DNA of 38,809 nucleotides, from the NCBI GenBank assembly GCA_032718475.1, contig JAUCBJ010004064.1, forward strand, positions 1 to 38,809. The letters are read 5' to 3'. Below the pieces are notes generated by a model that did no database searches, had not been told where the DNA came from, and worked only from the letters and a program-made list of their open reading frames with translations. Origin of the DNA: Nemertoderma westbladi (taxonomy: Eukaryota > Animalia > Xenacoelomorpha). Every line of letters starts with the position of its first letter. Position 1 is the stretch's first letter. The translations under genes and the position numbers were made by a program. Below, one piece after another: positions 36,155 to 38,809 of this stretch.

Positions 36155-36636
36155 TACATAGCACGTTTTGCTTTATAATTTAGGAACAGTCAGACAGTGA
36201 CATAGTAGGCCCCCTACAGTAGTCAGGTAGTACCGGTAGCGGTAAGTACCGTACGATGTGCCCCCTACCGGTCAGCCGGTAATAAAATCCAGAAATCACT
36301 CAATTTTAACCAAGCAGCCAAGCCCAAAAGAACCCAACTGACACCCAAGTTATAGTTCATATGCGTACCTCTGGTATTTTCGTATTGCAAAAATAAGACT
36401 ATAAGTATGAAATACCCTATGTTGTTGAGATATTGTTTATTGTTTTGGTTAGAAAAGCCCACCACTGTTGACTCGTAACCTGCTCCTTTCCGTTAATTAA
36501 GTAGGGCCTAATGGAGATTAGTTTATTTATTGTTTTGGTTACTGGGTTAGAAAACACCACCACTGTAACCTGCTTCTTTTGCCAGAGGTACGCATATGAA
36601 CGATAACCGACACCCACTTTCACCCAACTGCCCAAC

Positions 36637-37155
36637 CCTGTATGGAATCCATCCAAAAAGTGCGCCGGGTAGCGCGCCGACCAATTTTTATTCGCGCCGC
36701 GCGCCGATGCCATTTCGAAGAAAAACTCCGCGCCAACTAAATTTTTAAGCACGCCGATGCAATTTCGAAGAAACCCCGCGCCAACTAAATTTTTAAGCGC
36801 GCCACACATTGAAACAATTTTGAAGAACGCCACGCCAATGCAACTAGTCAATTTTGAGGGAGTGTAACCAATCTGTCAATGTCAGTCAGTACTGCTGTAC
36901 CAGTCCCTGCTGCCCTATAGGCCTACACCTATTTTTAAACAGCTAATGCAATTAAGGCACTTCCATAATCAGATAATTGTTAAACCTGTAAACTAACAAA
37001 TCGGCGCCGGTTTTTATTTTTGGGAGCGCCACACCTGCACGCGCCAAAGCCGGCGCGCTTTACGATTTTCGAGCGCGCCACGCGCCACATTGGCGCGCTT
37101 TTATTGCAAAGTGCGCCGGATTAATCCGGCGCAAAGTGTATGGATTCCAGTCTGG
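36637..37155. mobile_element. Non-autonomous DNA transposon (hAT-like MITE) upstream of the mib1 ATG
   Basis: Imperfect 16-bp TIRs (CCTGTATGGAATCCAT / ATGGATTCCAGTCTGG); degenerate 8-bp TSD (TGCCCAAC / CACCCAAC); many internal GCGCC motifs. Confidence 0.6.
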
Positions 37156-37962
37156 CACCCAACTAGAACTCTGCTACAACCTGACAACCCTGACAACCAG
37201 CGGCGTCGCGTGGCGGTCAGGGGGAGGGGGGGGGTGGCCGGGTGGGGGGAGTTGCGTTGCCCCGGGCTGCCGGGTGCAGTGCAGGCCAGACAGCCAGAGG
37301 GGGGCGAAAAAATGAGCTGGAGCCAAGCTTTTATCACTGTTTTAGATAGGCCTATTACTGTATTATGTATTACCAGATTACGTATTAGCCTATCAGCCTA
37401 TACAGTCAGACAGTCTGACAGTGCTGCAGTGACAGTCTGGCAGTACTGCAGTAGGTCAGTTATGTCTATGTGTTCAATTGCAAGAAAACGACTTGTTGAA
37501 ACCCACATTATAGGTCTGTCAGTCTGTAGGTCCTTCGTCCTTCGCTGCTTCGGGCCTTACAACTTATGGCAATAACAATGTCAGAAATTCCGCTAAATTT
37601 AATTTCTTAGATTACCGGTATGACTTTGGGCTGGGGCCGGGTCAGTGGTGGGGGGCCTGGGTTTGCACATCCGGCGCCGAGCACTTCTCACAGACTATAC
37701 TATACTGAAAGACACATTTCTGCATTTCTTGCGTTTTCATTACCTTAACTTTTCAATCGATTTTATTGCAAATACCTTTCAAAGAAACCTGAATGTAGAT
37801 GTAAAAAATATATTAGTAGGAAATGTGAGTCAGGAAATGTTTGGAAATTCCTATTTATTTTTCCGGAAATTTCCCTAGATTTTCCGAAAATTTCCTTTTG
37901 ATGTAGGCCCCATATCATTACACCATGTCCTGGTATATAGTGTCGTTATTCTGGTACATGGA

Positions 37963-38809
37963 CTCCCCCCCCCCCCCCCCCCCAAAAAAATTTTTCTAAA
38001 AATCTTAATGAGATTGCATGAAATTTGAAACAGAGTTAGTTTCACCTCTCTCCTCCTTACTGGGTGAGCCAGAATTTTTATTTTTGCTTTCAATCTTTAG
38101 CTACAAGCGTTTGAAAAAGGTGTCTCCCGTGATATTTCACCAGTTACACTGCAGTTATTCATGAACCTTATCGCGATTTGTTGGTAGAAATAGAAAGATA
38201 ACCATGCAAGGATTCCAAAAATGTAAAAATATTTGAATTTGGTTGTGAAATAGCTGAGATATGAGCGTTCAAAAGTTTTATGGTTTTGCACCTGCGCGAG
38301 GCTGTTTTATTCTATTAAATAAAAACACCATATTCTAGAACATTTTGTTTATGTATGAATAGCTATCATAATAGTATGTTTAAAGAAGCATTGCATTGTT
38401 GACCAGCTACGTATGGGATAAACAAAATGTTCCAGAATATGATGTATTTATTAAATAGAATAAATGGCGTGCAGGGGAAGCAAATACATGCAACTTTCGA
38501 ATGCCCATATCTCGGCTATTTCTCTACCAAATTCAAATGTTTTTACATTTTTGGAATCCCTGCACGACTAGCTTTAAATTAGTACTAACAAATCATAATA
38601 AGGTTGAAGAATAACTTTGGTGTGACCTGGTGCAATTTCGCCGGAGACACTATTTTCAAAAGCTTGTAGCTAAAGATTGAAAGCAAAAATAAAAATTCTG
38701 GCTCACCCAGGAAGGAGGAGGGAGATGAAACTATCTCTGTTTCAAATTTCATGCAATCTCATTAATATTTGTATAAAAAAAATTTTTTTTTTGGGGGGGG
38801 GGGGGGGAG
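37963..38809. mobile_element. ~850-bp foldback/palindromic element; may extend past the window
   Basis: ~400-bp arms are imperfect reverse complements, from the poly-C tract at 37965 to the poly-G tract at the window end, centred near 38385. Confidence 0.85.

Overview
AT-rich, repeat-dense animal (invertebrate-like) genomic DNA. It holds three host genes: (1) a complete 3-exon mind bomb 1 (mib1) E3 ligase on the minus strand (~1004 aa); (2) a multi-exon minus-strand fibronectin type III (FN3) single-pass membrane receptor gene, of which I reconstructed eight phase-compatible exons between 2154 and 23830 (5' end unresolved, with a decayed FN3-like exon at ~24.2-24.5 kb); (3) a single-ORF, Cys-rich, probably GPI-anchored Ly6/uPAR-like gene nested antisense in an FN3 intron. 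Introns carry RTE-, CR1/L2- and other LINE relics, foldback/MITE elements and several tandem arrays, including a 6.45 kb 59-bp satellite. The most interesting signal is two sequence-unrelated hammerhead ribozyme cores (5137-5192 and 8504-8563). In both, the best-pairing cleavage strand lies inside the loop of stem II, a non-circularly permuted topology supported by compensatory base pairs. Each sits in a non-coding insertion with inverted repeats resembling Penelope-like element pLTRs; one has a 12-bp target-site duplication splitting a LINE RT gene. All structures and splice sites were read by eye; no searches or folding were run.
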